The notes: generated by a model from the sequence alone, not told the origin. Shown: positions 40,352-54,773, numbered from the stretch's first letter. The stretch: 64,000 nt of DNA from Octopus sinensis (GCF_006345805.1 NC_043002.1:63116001-63180000), one strand, 5' to 3'. A program made the numbers and translations.

Positions 40352-40842
40352 GTATCAAGAAAATTGAAGCAACTGAAATGTCAATTACAAAAAAAGGTAG
40401 ATGGCAAGGCAGGCATTGATTATTGGGGTCGAATAGACAAGTTCAAGCTTTATTCCCTCCAACGCCGCCCGTGAGCGCTACAAATATCCCATCAGCATTG
40501 CCCAAATGATGTTGGCATCGCCTTTAAGACACTTCCACAACGAAAATCATACTCGCATCACATAACAATAATCCGTCACAATAATTTCACCTCATTTGGT
40601 CCCGCTCTCTTTAACATTACACCAAAACAGATTAAAGCAGAAATATACTCTATAAAGTTCAAGAAGTCTTTGGACAAATTCCTTCAGAAAATCCCGGTTA
40701 AATCTCCTATACCCGCATATGTCACCACAAACTTTCTCCTCGTGTGGGCAATGTTGTCTGATCTCTGATTTGAATGACTCTGTGAGGTGCTGCTAGTAAA
40801 TTAGATATGGCCTGGGTCAATACTGGTCGAAATATTTCAAAT
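40352..40842 (+). mobile_element. CR1-clade LINE 3' fragment
   Basis: GIDYWGR..KFKLYSLQRR, FGPALFNITPKQIK, KFKKSLDKFLQKIP; tail ATGGCCTGGGTCAATACTGGTCGAAA; homologous to 4699-5410. Confidence 0.75.
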
Positions 40843-40847
40843 AGCAT

Positions 40848-41140
40848 GGGGCCGCCCAAAGCCTCGTGAGTGGCTGTGGTAGACGGAACTGAAAGAAACC
40901 CGGCGTATATATATTATATTATATATTATATATATATATTATTATAATATATACAGTATATGTTTCTGTGTCTGTGTTTGTCACCCAACCGTCGCTTAAC
41001 AATCGATGCTGGTGTGTTTATATCCCCGTAACCAAGTGGTTCCGTAAAAGAGACTGATAGAATAAGTTCTAGGCTTACAAAGAATAAATCCTGGGGTCTA
41101 TTAGCTTCACTAAAGGCGGTGCTTCAACGCGGCTGCCGTC
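40848..41140 (+). mobile_element. tRNA-derived SINE, 5'-truncated
   Basis: CAAAGCCTCGTGAGTGG..GAAAGAAACCCG, internal (TA)n, body matching 28645-28830. Confidence 0.75.
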
Positions 41141-41270
41141 AAGACATTAAAATATAAACAGTCAAGACATTAAAATATACAAGAATGAAGTTAACATTAA
41201 AACATCGCGAGCAGAGTTGAAACGCAGTTTGATTTTTTCAACGTGTAATGTACACCATCTTACTTCAATT

Positions 41271-41307
<37 letters not shown>

Positions 41308-42616
41308 CACATTCACATACCTCCCTTTTACTAGCACACACATACACTTACACAGATTTCAAACGCTCCCACCATCAGCTTGCCATCACCTCTTCCTTCT
41401 TTATTCATCCATCACCCCTTCCATTCTCATTCATATGCTGTGACGAAGAAAACCACTTGAGTATTATTACAGTAGAAGATTATCTTTCTTGTATCTCCTT
41501 CTCTTCCTTGTACGCATGCGCAGCATCTTTGGTTACTATGGAAATAGAAATTATCGCCACAGTGATGTGAAAAATACTCGCTTCTTAATGGCTAAAATAT
41601 CCAAATTTTGCAAATTTTAGACTCAAATAACTTTTTAATTATGTATTTATAAGAAAAATGAATTTAATTTTCAAAATTATTGTGCAAGACTTAATCCATG
41701 TACCAAATTTGAAAACAATTGAAAAAAAATAGTAAACAATAACGAAAGCCACAAAGATCCTATAATGGTTTTAAATTTCGGCATAAAGGCAGCAATTGTG
41801 AGTGTGATGTTTGATTGATTACATCAATACCGGTGTTAAAATTGCTTTTATTTAACCGATTCCGATAAAATGAAAAGCTAGGTCGAGCTCAGTGAAATTT
41901 GAGTTCAAGACAAGAATGAAATTTGAACACGGAGGAAATACTTCAAAGAAATTTAGCCGAAGTTCTGTCAACTCTGCCATGAGGTCGATTTTAAGAAAAA
42001 ATAAATAATTCTTTCTACGATACATGCGTTATTTGAAGTATTTGATGGGAAGGGGTTGGTCGATGACATACATCCTTGGATTAAACAGGTAGTAGTTTTA
42101 CCGACACGAACTGCAAAGACAACACTGGGCCAACAGTTTTTAGGAGAAGAGAGGGACACAGTATTTATCCATAGAGAAAAGCATAAATATGTGAAAATCA
42201 TACATCCAACAGAAAAGTAAGACTGGATATTGGCTTGAGAACACTTAATATATCTAATAATATATAATGGCTGTAAACCGGACGAATGTGTGCTTGTTAG
42301 TAAAAAATCGAGCAGTCAATCAGGGTATGTTTGTATGGTGTGTATATATATATATTATATATATATATATATATATTAAAATTATGTACATAATTATAAC
42401 AAGGGCATGGTTTTCGCCTCACCACGCACTGAAAAATAGACGTCAAAAGACACTATTACGACTATAAATTCTCTACACATAGCCAAACACTTGTTAGCAT
42501 TATGTATATAATTATAAAATATGAATATTGATTTATAAAATATTTATATTAATTTACCTACGAAGTTTAATCTTCGCGTTGACCACTTGGTAAAACTCCT
42601 TTATGATTTTACTCAT

Positions 42617-42642
42617 CATCATCATCATTATTATTATTATTA

Positions 42643-42710
<68 letters not shown>
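42617..42710. repeat. (ATC)n/(ATT)n microsatellite; representative of very many TA, CA, TATG, TATC and AAT tracts
   Basis: Read directly from the sequence. Confidence 0.95.
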
Positions 42711-42713
<3 letters not shown>

Positions 42714-42742
42714 GCACATATATATAGTATATTTTCACATAA

Positions 42743-42945
42743 ATGTGGCTAACCCTTAAGGGTGGATGCTACTGTAGCTTGTAGCCCCAGGAAGACACCT
42801 CATCCAGCTGGTTATTGACACACTTCCTGTGCTCTATCAGTATTTGCAAAGGGAAGCTATCCTTCTCATCTCCAACCTGATATGAAACACACGGACCCGA
42901 GTTTCTGGATATTGACCCGTCATCAGCGTGTGACAATCACCGGCT
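42743..42945 (-). mobile_element. ~200-nt repeat headed by a hammerhead ribozyme
   Basis: Body (CCAGCTGG..CCTGGGGCTA..CAGTAGCATC..AGCCACAT) recurs at ~52790-52970, ~53134-53265, ~63576-63715 and ~63850-64000. Confidence 0.65.
42888..42932 (-). ncRNA. Minimal type I hammerhead ribozyme motif
   Basis: CACACG-CTGATGA-CGGGT/caat/ATCCA-GAAA-CTCGG-GTC-CGTGTG; perfect 6-bp helix I, GUC site, first helix II pair is C-A. Confidence 0.75.
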
Positions 42946-43701
42946 GTCGACGTGAAGTGATTCCGAATGCAAATATATATATCCTATTTCCAGTGATGAA
43001 AAGTCATTGATCTCTTTATACCTCTCTCAGAGATTTATTATTGCTTGTATATATATATATATACATTCACACACATATATATATATATGCTCCTCTGTGT
43101 GTGTGTGTGCGCGGATAATGAAAGAGTTTTCGTGTAAGGTAAAAGAAGAAAGAAAATATTTTATGTCAAAAGTGTCAATGTTTAAGTAAGTTATGTGTGA
43201 CGGATGAAATCTCAGTTCAGTTCTACCGTGGCCTTTTAAGAGGAAGACGGGTGCATTAGTTGTAGGTGTACAAAAATAGAAACTGGTCATAACCGGATTC
43301 CTTACGATCATAGGCCGTACCTCTTGCTCGACCAACACTGACATGGCTAAAATGTGAGCCGCTATTGCATTTACAACCAGAACAACAACAAAGGAAAACG
43401 CAAATACAAGGAAAGACAACTGTGTAGATACAAGAATAAAATTAGATACCATAAAGAAAACCTAAAAAAAACTGCGATAAGAAGATGTTGCAAATTAATA
43501 AATAAATACATAAATACATGCAGAAGCAAATGAATAAAAAATAATATATTTTCCCATCGGAATAACGAATCATCGAACCGCACTAAAGTGAACCAAAGAG
43601 AAGAAACGAGGCAACAGAGTTAACCAACCGAACGTTAATTACATACTCCCGACAGTTCGCTCTCATTGTACTCCATTTTGAAACTGAATAGTGGACGGTG
43701 A

Positions 43702-43741
<40 letters not shown>

Positions 43742-44785
43742 CTACTTTCTTTTTCTCTGCTATTGTTATTTACGTTATTTTCCCTGACAGAAAGCGCAAG
43801 GTTGTAATTCGACCAACTTGAAATTCTCCGCATGAAATTCTTCTCATGAAGTTTCTTCACATGCCAGCGGTTGGTGGTTGTGGTGGAATGTGATGGGGGG
43901 GGGGGGGAAGTTGTGCAAGTTTATCGTGATGCTGCCAGTAGTGCAAATCGTGTTGTTTTGATGCTCTTCTTCTTTTTATCTTGTTGTCGGCGTCGGTGGT
44001 GGAGGGAGGAGATGAGGATGTTAAGGTTAGCGGTATGGATGTTGCTGTTCGAAGCTGAGAGGATGAGAGGGCAAGTGGTTGAGAAGATAAGAGAGGAGAA
44101 AGAAAGTAAGGTAGATGAAATGAGTAGATGAGAAAGAATCAGCCGGGTTAATTCGATGACAGATGCAGAGCTTGATAAACGACGTTGCTATGGAAATTAC
44201 ACAGTTCGTGTTTGCACACATACAGGCGCATACATATATCCACTGATACACGCATACACACGCACACACGGCACGCACATTTACAGAAAAGCATAGTCAT
44301 TACTCTGTACACACACTTACACACCCATGCACGTATTGAACAGGTATACTTCAAGAGAAATATATATAAATAAAACAGACACACATGTATGCATATGTGC
44401 ATATTTATTTGTATGTATATATTTGTGTGTATGCAAAAATATGTTGGCATATACATGCATTTATACAAGTGTAGACAATTCACCTTTACATATCTGTCTA
44501 TCTTCATAGACATGTGTATTTTCATATATATGCGTTTGGAGATATGTACGTATGCGCGTATATACACAGATATACATGTATATATACACAGATATATGTA
44601 TATACGATGCATAGGTATTGCATGCATACGTACACAAAGAATACAGAGAAAAATTCCGGTTTGTAGATTGATTGATACGTTCGTTGATACGCATTCTTTT
44701 CTCTTCTAATGGGTACCATGATACACTGCGTAATTACACGTACACATGATGTTTGCATATACACAAATATATCTATATATATATG

Positions 44786-44819
<34 letters not shown>

Positions 44820-44823
44820 TATA

Positions 44824-44875
<52 letters not shown>

Positions 44876-45880
44876 GCGTGTGTGTATGTGTGTGTGCGTA
44901 TAGTATATGTGTGTGTATGAGTGTTTGTGTGTGTATATATATATATATATATACGAAAACACAATTATGCGTATATATCTTTGCATGCAGACACATACAC
45001 ACACACATAGATATATATATATGTGTGTATGTTTATGTATATATATATGTATATTTATATATATTTATATATATATATATACATATATATGTGTGTATAT
45101 ATATATATGAATATATATATATGCATATATGTATATATATTTATGAATGCATATATAAATATACATACATACATATACACGCACACACACACACACATAT
45201 ATATATATACACACATATATATATATATATATATTGCAAATATGCACACTTTGACATTCGTGACTATGTTTTTGTATAGTTATCGTTTGCCATCAGTGTA
45301 TGTGTGCAGAAAAATCCACGCACACATGGTCACGTATATAAACCTTTCCAGAAATGTGTATACACGGAAAGCCAGAAATGCACAGACACACACATATATA
45401 TATATCTATGCATGTATATATATTATATATATATATATTTACATATGACACACACTCGCATATACAGACACAGATAGACCCAGAACGTAGTCCATATCTT
45501 CAGTAAAATCGACAACCTATCGTTAAGAACATGCATTAGTGAAATCGTTAGGAATTCTTTACAAGTAAGTTTAGATGGTCTTCGTAGCTGGACAGATTTG
45601 ATTACTGAGATAACTTGTGCAGTGTAAAAACCAGGATGACTGATAGAATGAACATGACATTGTCATTTGCAGTTGGTCTCTTCTTTGTTGCTGTTGTTAC
45701 TTCGACTGCACTTAGTACTGATCGACGAGAACTATGATCAAAGGCACTCCTGCCACGACCCCCAACTACGGTAATTTCTTTATGCTTGTTTTTTTGTTCT
45801 TTACAAACCTGTAGTCTTTTGTTCGGGTTTGTCTTTTTCGTCATTGAGGGAGGGATATGATTTGAAAATATAATTCTTTT

Positions 45881-46455
45881 CTACTCTAGGCACAAGGCGC
45901 GAAATTTGGGTGGGGGGACCAGTAGATTAGATTGACCCAGTACGGGTCTGGTACTTAATTTATCGAGCCCGAAAAGACGAAAGGCAAAATCGTCCTCGGC
46001 GGAATTTGAACTCAGAACGTAGCGGCAGACGAAATACCTATTTCTTTACTACCCACAAGGGGCTAAACACAGAGGAGAAAGAAGAACACACAAACGGATA
46101 AGTCGATTACATCGACCCCAGTGCGTAACTGGTACTTATTTAATCGACCCCAGAAGGATGAAAGCAAAGCCAATCTCGGCGGAATTTGAACTCAGAACGT
46201 AACGGCAGAGGTAATGCCTATTTCTTTACTGCCCACAAGAGGCTAAACGCAGAGAAGACAAACAAGGACTAACAAACGTATTAAGTCGATTACATCGACT
46301 TACCGCAGTGCGTAACTGGTAATTAATTTATCGACCCTGAAAGGATTAAATGCAAAGTCGACCTCGGCGGAATTTGAACTCAGAACGTAACGGCAGGCGA
46401 AATACGATTACGGATTTCGCCCAGCGTGCTGACATTTTTGGCAGCTTGTCGACTT
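45881..46455 (-). mobile_element. Trimeric SINE with a Meta-like core repeated three times
   Basis: GGAATTTGAACTCAGAACGT at 46001, 46181 and 46369 (periods 180 and 188); one tRNA-like head at the right end. Confidence 0.85.
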
Positions 46456-47170
46456 TAGTTGAAAATATAGTTGAAGGCCCGATACATGCATACACAAACA
46501 CATATGTATAGGTGCGTGTGTGTATATATACATGTGCGCGTGTACAAGCAACACGCAAAGGCGAGGAAGAACAAACGTATATACATCGTATACATGAAGA
46601 TTGCCAGCAGTCACAAGGCACATTATAGAAACCTGCATAACAAATGTCTATTACTGCTCAGTAAATGATATGCGTGTGTGTACACACACACACACACACA
46701 TATATATACATGTATATGTGTGTGAGTGTGTGTGTGTGTGTGTTCTATGTCTGTAAAAAAGAATAACGAATGCCTAGGTAAAGACCGGTCGTTTACACCA
46801 GCAATGTGGAAATCTGTCTCGGGATATTTCACCAAATTCCAGTTAAGCAGTTCGCAGATCCTTGCTTGTAGGCATAAATTTCGAATAGATTTCATATATT
46901 CAAGGATATTGTATAACTGAAAATCATGCGAACGGTTCCTACACATGCAATTTTATCATAACGCTTTGCAAATGACAATAGTTGACGTGGTTGTAAACAA
47001 TAAAACGAACAAAATGACGATGTATTTTTTTAAATTCTCAACTTAGCAGTTTCACGGATATTTGTAGGAGAGCGCCAGGCGCCAGCTATTGTGGTATGAT
47101 GGAGAGTTTGAAGAATTCCTGAGGAGGTGGTCAAAGTTTACATGAATGTGTTGCAGTATTACAAATTAAT

Positions 47171-47612
47171 GTTGAGCTGGCAGAATTGTTACCGCACCGT
47201 AGAAAAATGATAGCGACATATCGTCCGCCTTAACGTTCTGAGTTCAAATTCGCCTCTGACTGCTTTGCTTTTCATCGTTTCGGTGTCGATAAATTAAGTA
47301 CCAGTTGAGTATTGGGGTCGATGTAATCGACCTACTCCCTACTCTGAAATTTGCTGGTCTTGTACCATACTTTGAAATTAATATTACAAATGTATTTGAA
47401 GTCGACGATCTAGCAGAATCATTACCGCACTGGAGAAATGTCCTTAGCCGCATATCTTCCGACAATACGTTCTAAATTCAAAAGTTACCAAGTTCCACTT
47501 TCCCTTTCATCGTTTCGGGGTCGATCAAATAATTACCAGCTAAGCACTGAGGTCGATGTAATCGTCTGGTCACTCACACAAAATTGCTGGACTTATGCCA
47601 ACTTTTGGCACC
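47171..47612 (+). mobile_element. Two tandem decayed copies of the Meta-like SINE
   Basis: Heads at ~47171 and ~47401, each followed by GTTCT(G/A)A(G/A)TTCAAA and TTTCATCGTTTCGG. Confidence 0.75.
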
Positions 47613-47901
47613 AAATATTTATGTTCGTGCACTTATACTCTATGTAGTGACGAATAACTAAAGAATTGAATGTAGATGCGTAAATTCCACTCAACGACTT
47701 ATTTTATACATCCTGTGACAACTTATTAGTTCTAGAATTGCAGTTTTTTTTATGGATCTTCAAGGAAAACAGTAAGAATTATTGAAAAGGTTGCAAGACG
47801 CACAACGAAAACTTTAGAAAAATTAAAAAAAGAAATTAATGGAAATCTTACCGGTGAGTGCGTTAAATAAAAAAAAAGAATGATTCTCCCCAGACACAAC
47901 A

Positions 47902-47943
<42 letters not shown>

Positions 47944-48081
47944 ATGTGTGTGTGTGTGCATGTATATACATAAAACACTTATACGGATACAGTCAGATAT
48001 TTATTTGTGCATACACACACATACACACAGTTATACTACCTATATACATATATGCATACATACGTATGTATATAATATATG

Positions 48082-48114
<33 letters not shown>

Positions 48115-48115
48115 A

Positions 48116-48345
48116 CGGGAAGCTTTATGAAAATAAACAAAAGACGAAGGCAGGTGGAATACAAACAAACAGTTGTATTAGAATGGTGCTCAGGAATATA
48201 AATAAAACAAGTCTTTTACGTTTCGAGCCTACGCTCTTCAACAGAAAGATACAGAGAGAAGAAACACAGAAAGAAGAAGAGAAAAAAAATGCGTGCAGAG
48301 GCTAGCGAATCAACATGGCGATCTGATTTCGGCCAGAAGTCAAAG
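48116..48345 (-). mobile_element. Penelope-like terminal repeat with near-canonical minimal hammerhead
   Basis: 48212-48249 minus: TCTTT-CTGTTGA-A-GAGC/gtag/GCTC-GAAA-CG-TA-AAAGA; one core substitution; relic of the same family at ~49820-49945. Confidence 0.55.
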
Positions 48346-48665
48346 ATCAAACGTGAGACGCAAGAGCGAAATTAGGGGAGATAATAGGGTTAAATGACCT
48401 AGCCCCAACATAAGAGTGTGTGTGTGTATGAGAGAGTATTAGTGCGTATGAGAGGTCTGGAGTGTGTATGTATATATGATGTGATGTGTAAAGTCGTATG
48501 GTGTAGTGTAGAGAGAGGAGATGAGGGGAGAGTGGAAGAGGGGGAGGTAAGGGGGAGAGAGAGGAAAGATGAGGGGGGAGAGAGGGGAGGGATATATATA
48601 TATGTATATAATATATATATATATATATACATACATACACATACACAAACATATATATGTATATA

Positions 48666-48721
<56 letters not shown>

Positions 48722-48748
48722 ACAAACATATATATATGTTTGTATATG

Positions 48749-48801
<53 letters not shown>

Positions 48802-48803
<2 letters not shown>

Positions 48804-49082
48804 CGCAATAGCCTAGTGGTTAGGGCAGCGGACTCGCGGTCGCAGGATCGCGGTTTCGATTTCCAGACCTGGCGTTGTGAGTGTTTATTGAGCGAAAACA
48901 CCTAAAAGCTCCACGATGCTCCGCCAGGATGGGGGGGGGGTGATCCCTGCTGTACTCTCTCACCACTCTTTCCCCCACTCTTTCTTCCGTTGGCCTGCTC
49001 GAAGGCTAAAACAATGCGAACGCATTGTGACCAGCGTTGTGTAACAACATCTGATGTTCTGGTCGGTCACGTTATCACGTGA
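48802..49082 (+). mobile_element. tRNA-derived SINE, head possibly tRNA-Arg-like
   Basis: GGCGCAATAGCCTAGTGGTTAGGGCAGCGGACTCGCGGTCGCAGGATCGCGGTTTCGATTTCC with A and B boxes, followed by a non-tRNA body. Confidence 0.8.
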
Positions 49083-49736
49083 TATATATATATATATATA
49101 TATATCATATACACATACATACCACTCACATAAAACCATGTAATCAGTTAATACCACACACACTACACACACATACACTCAGTCACTGCCACGCACACAC
49201 GCGCACACACCCACACATGCACACAGATACCAAACATTCTTTATACTCTCCTGTCATAGAAAACATTTTCTCTTTGTCCGCCTACTTCCAGTAATACACA
49301 TGGACTGTTGACGATTTTGTTCCACCTTCTTCCCTTTCTTTCTTACGTCTCTTGATACAGAAGAAGAGCTTTTCTCGAAACGTAAAACACCCTTTCTTTC
49401 CTTCCCTGAGAGTCTTATTAATACTTTGCATGTACACGTCCTCGCGTGTTGTTTTTTATCTTGTCTTTTTTTAATTATATATATATATTATATATATATA
49501 TAATATATGTATATATGTATATATGTATATATATGTATATATGATTATATATATGTATATATATATACATATATATATATGATATATATATATATGTATA
49601 TATGTATATATATATGTATATATATATATATAGATATAATATGTATGTATGATATATGTATATATCCACACAGACACACAAACAGGAGCACACACACCCA
49701 CACAAATAAATATATATATATATACATATATATATA

Positions 49737-49793
<57 letters not shown>

Positions 49794-49984
49794 ATATATA
49801 TATATATATATATACCAATCCACAAGCTTTTATTTTCTTTTTGTTTAGTTCGTGGTGTTTCTTTTTGCTGAAGAAAACGTAAAAGACTTTCTCACCTTCC
49901 CGACCCGAGCGGCAAACTAATACACCTGTCTTCGTCTTTTGTTTCTATATATAAATTTCAATTATATGTGTGTGTGCGTATACA

Positions 49985-50036
<52 letters not shown>

Positions 50037-50702
50037 ACATATATATATATATATATAATATATATATATGTAGAGAGAGAAAGTGAGAAGGATTGATAGA
50101 CAGAGGTAAGAGAGAGAAAAAGAAAGAGAGAAAATTAAAGTGATACATTATCCCAGCAGACACTATTATCTTACATATCAGTGTAGATGCCGGCTGTCCA
50201 CAACGGTGAAGTTACATAGAACTCAAAATAGGTAGTGTTATGCTTCTCTCGTTGGATAGTTCCATGATCCTATTCAGAACTGCATATCATTCGTAGACTA
50301 TATAATTAATAACGAAGTATTTTAACTAAATGTTCTCCATAACATACATAACACTGACCTACATGTTCCGAATCCAGCAACTGCACATTGCACTGTATGC
50401 AATCATGCATCCTGGTCGCTGAAGTTCCTTCAAAGTTCATAACTCATGACGTTTTCAAAGTGAACTCATTTAAACAAATGTCCTGCGTAGTGATAGCGTT
50501 ACTTCTAAAGTCCAATAGAATTCTGGATTTATAATCACCTCTACTGGCATTGCACTTGAAGTGTACTTTTAAAATATATATTCGGATTTCAATTAATTGT
50601 AGCGGTCGAAACACATGAAGGTTAGTGTTATATATGCAGTAGAAAACATTTTAATATAAAAGTTTTCCACGTCTATAAATCTCCATTCTCTTCTTCGTTA
50701 TG

Positions 50703-50742
<40 letters not shown>

Positions 50743-50771
50743 TATATATATATAAATGTATATCACGAAAC

Positions 50772-50806
<35 letters not shown>

Positions 50807-51830
50807 AAACTGAATTATGACTTGAAACAATGTCAAAAGTTCAGATGTACTGTCAGACGAACTAAAACAATCATACGAACTAAGCCAAATAATTTCTAAA
50901 GTAGAACACACTCACTACATATTCGAATCAGTTACTTCGCTGTAAGCTGTGTATTTCACAATTTTCTGCAAGGTTTTCTTTAGCAGCTGAAACAAATTTA
51001 CTTATAAAGTTTCCAAGCGTATGGAAGTGGAATCAGATTTTTTGTTTTAAATTTCTCAAAGGCATAACATTTACGAGAACATTTTTCAAGAAGACATTTG
51101 CAAAGTTTTAAGTGTAACGCTTCCTCAGAATCGCTAGAGCGTCGGTGAAGATTGCTTGAGGTATGTAGTTACTCAAATTTCTGAATTTCAGCAGGTCGAG
51201 ATCGGCTTTGCTTTATAATATTTTCACACTGAGTAGAATAAATGCCCGTCAAATAATATTATCATTAATATCGTTCTTCCATCAAAACATGTATTAGAAA
51301 TATTTATATAAATGCGACAATTATCCTTTAAGAAAACAATGACACTGAAAATAGAATTGAACATTCATTTATAGATTATGTTTGCGAATAAGTTCGATCA
51401 TGAGGTAGCATATTTATCAAACGGTTTAATGTTAGAGCGAAATCAGTACTTCATGGGACAGAAAAAATTACCAACATCGTTCTGGACGTTAACAACAGAA
51501 TCTAATCCAAAATGACTCAAACATTTGGCAAATTGGTGCAGCCAAGAAACAAGTGGTGTATTTGGTCATGGGTAATCAGATATCGATTGATTTTCGTTAT
51601 TTTACCTCTCTGCCTGCGTGGATTGTTTCCAGGAATTTTTTTTAGTCCGGGAGTCTCTTTTTAAATTAGAGGAAATAGCTAAGGTTCTTTGGATGCTATT
51701 TATAAACTTCTGTATGTGGTAAAGCAGATATTTGCTGAAACCTAATTATAAAATATTACTTAAGTTTACCGAGAAATTGTCCTTTTTCATTACTAGTTAA
51801 TTAATTAATTTTATCCTTTGTTATTATTGA

Positions 51831-51889
<59 letters not shown>

Positions 51890-53031
51890 TATATATGGTG
51901 TGTGTGTGTGTGTATGTATGTATGCATGCATGCATATTTATGTTTGTACATATATATGTATGTATGCTGATTAAAAGCGTGAAGCTGCGATCAGTATATA
52001 TATATATAAATATATATATATATGTGTGTGTGCTATTAAGTTAGACATGGCCTGGACCAATCTTTGGTCGAAACATATCTAAATTTATCTAAGTTTATAT
52101 ACTTTTATTATTTTACTTGTTTCAGTCATTTCACTGCAGCCGTGCAAAAATGATCGGTAGGAGTAGTAGCAGGTTTGTGAAAGTACTGGGTTCGATTCGA
52201 TCGACTAAAATTTGGCAAGGCGGAGTCCCAGTATGGTCGAAATCTAATGATTGAAACAAGCTAAAGAATAAAGCAATAAAACAATAAGGGAATACATAGA
52301 TATATGTATAAGTGTTTGTTTGTATGAGTGTGTGCGTATGTGTATGGCAAGGAGCTACTGACTCTATTCTATATATATATATATATATATATAGACAAGA
52401 AAAGAAATATAATAATGATAATAAAAATGATAATAATAATGCTATATATATATATATATATATCGTAAATTATATTTGCCAACGATGTGTGATGGTCCCA
52501 TAGATGACGATGTGACTTTTCGTTTTTAGCCCTAGGAAGATATTTCCTCCAGCTGACTAACAGCATATTTTTAATGTCTGATTAGTATTTGCAAGGTGGG
52601 GTCATCGCTCCTATCTCTAGCCTTATGTGATACACAAAGATCGCTACATTTACTTGGGAAATATACTTTAGAATTTCGTTCTGTTACTATTTACCTTTCG
52701 CTCAGAGATGTAATATAGCTTATTTCTCCTTTTCTAGAGCAGCGACAGTTTGTTGTTGGGAAAAGCATACAGTATTTTGCGAGTGGAATTAGTATCGTCA
52801 CTAGCTGGTGATTATCACTTACTGAAGAGGGATAGCTACACCGGGTCGGTGTGTATCCCGTGAGGGTAGAGTCGGGAGAGACAGTGTATCGTTAGCCAGC
52901 ATGAGAAGATGTTTTCCTGGGGCTAAAACTAACAGTAACATCGTCCTCTATGGGACTGCCACATTTAGTCGGCATACTATACGATTCCTTACTTTTACTG
53001 TGTAACTCTCGCTCAGAGATTTAATATAGCT

Positions 53032-53085
<54 letters not shown>

Positions 53086-53364
53086 GTGTGCGTGTGTGTT
53101 TGTCTGAGTAAAGTAACGGCTAGTTGCCTACATAATGTGGCTGTCCTGGAAGTGAGGATGTTCCTGTTGTTTATCCCCAGGAAGCATCGTCTCTAGCTGG
53201 CTATACGACACAATATCGGTGTCTTGTATATTCGAACAGGGGAGATCAACATTCACATGCAGCGCAGGATAGGAGTGCTGAACTCCCTGACCGAAAATAT
53301 AGGGACACAATTAGCATTTACTTCAAAGAACAGTTACTGAATGTCTCTGTTTGGGAAATTTAGA

Positions 53365-53460
<96 letters not shown>

Positions 53461-53505
53461 AAGAAGAAGAAGAAGAAGAAGAAGAAGAAGAAGAAGAAGA
53501 AGAAG

Positions 53506-54562
53506 CAAGGAAAACTTATACAAATAGCCGCAAAGCACGTGCAACATAAAAAGAATGTTCTCAGTATTTAAGGAAGTTGACAAATACAAACAAGAAATCA
53601 TACTAACTAACAAATATGAAGAAGAAGAAGAAGAAACAGCAAAAGGTATAAAACAAATGAAATCCAAACTAAAACTAGAACAGCAAGGGACCATGATAAA
53701 ACGATGGAAAGAAAGCCCCTTCATAGCAAATACTGGACAAAACTAAATGCAAAAGAAATAGACAAAGAAAAATCCCAGCAATGGTTGAGAAGCGCAGGAC
53801 TCAAAACAGAGACATAGGGTTTTTTAAATGAAGCACAAAACCAAAGCCTCCCCACCAGAAATTACCAAAAACATGTAATGAAAAGAAACATAAGAAGTAA
53901 CTGCAGAATATGTGGAGATGGACAAGAAACAATAAATCATTTATCTCTAGCCTCCAGTCCTGGCTAAGAAGGAATATACTCACAGACACGACAGAGTTGA
54001 GACCTTCATACTGTGGAAGCTATGCCAACACTATGGAATAGCAACAGAAAAAAGATGGTATTGGCACACGCCAGAAAAGGTAAAAGAAAACGAGAAAGCA
54101 ACCATTCTTTCGGATATGCCAATTAACACACATAGAAAAATTAGGGCCAATAAGCCAGATATAGTTGTCAGAGATCATGAAGAAAAAGAAACTTTCTAAT
54201 TGATGTATCAATAGCAGCAGATGACAACGTGTCTCTAAAAGAAATGGAGAAACTTTCAAAATACAAAGGCCTGGAAATAGAGGTACCTCGTATGTGGAAT
54301 CTAAAAACAGAAACAATTCCTATCATAGTAGGCGCATTAGGTATGATAAAAAAATATTCAGACAAATACATAAAAACACCAGGACTTACATAAACATATA
54401 ACATACAGAAAATTGCACTACTGGGTACTGCACACATCCTATGCAAAACACTTTCGATACAGTAACCGTAACAGCATGCCAACAAATCACAGCACATACC
54501 CAGGGCACACAGAGCTGTACTCGGTAGTGAAGTGAAAGCACGCTATAAAAATAAAACTACTG
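53506..54562 (+). mobile_element. R4/Dong-clade retrotransposon, 5'-truncated, with RLE endonuclease relic
   Basis: CRICGDGQETINH (CCHC finger), HRHDRV, ANKPDIVVRD, LIDVSI, EKLSKYKGLE, PIIVGALG; frameshifted; preceded by (AAT)n(AAG)n and ending in (AAT)n. Confidence 0.9.
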
Positions 54563-54668
54563 AATAATAATAATAATAATGATAATAATAATGATAATGA
54601 TGATAATAATAATGATAATAATAATATTCATAATGATAATAATAATGATAATAATAATAATAATAATA

Positions 54669-54699
<31 letters not shown>

Positions 54700-54719
54700 T
54701 AGTAATAGTAATAATAATA

Positions 54720-54768
<49 letters not shown>

Positions 54769-54773
54769 GTAAT

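Noticed and set aside
46760-46930. Open frames on both strands in a non-repetitive patch
   Set aside because: No recognisable motifs, and the splice signals are weak.
37192-51130. Isolated CUGANGA matches at ~37192 (-), ~45497 (-), ~47108 (+) and ~51122 (-), plus earlier ones at ~2512, ~6027 and ~11893
   Set aside because: No correctly placed GAAA, helix II or helix I partners; expected chance 7-mers.
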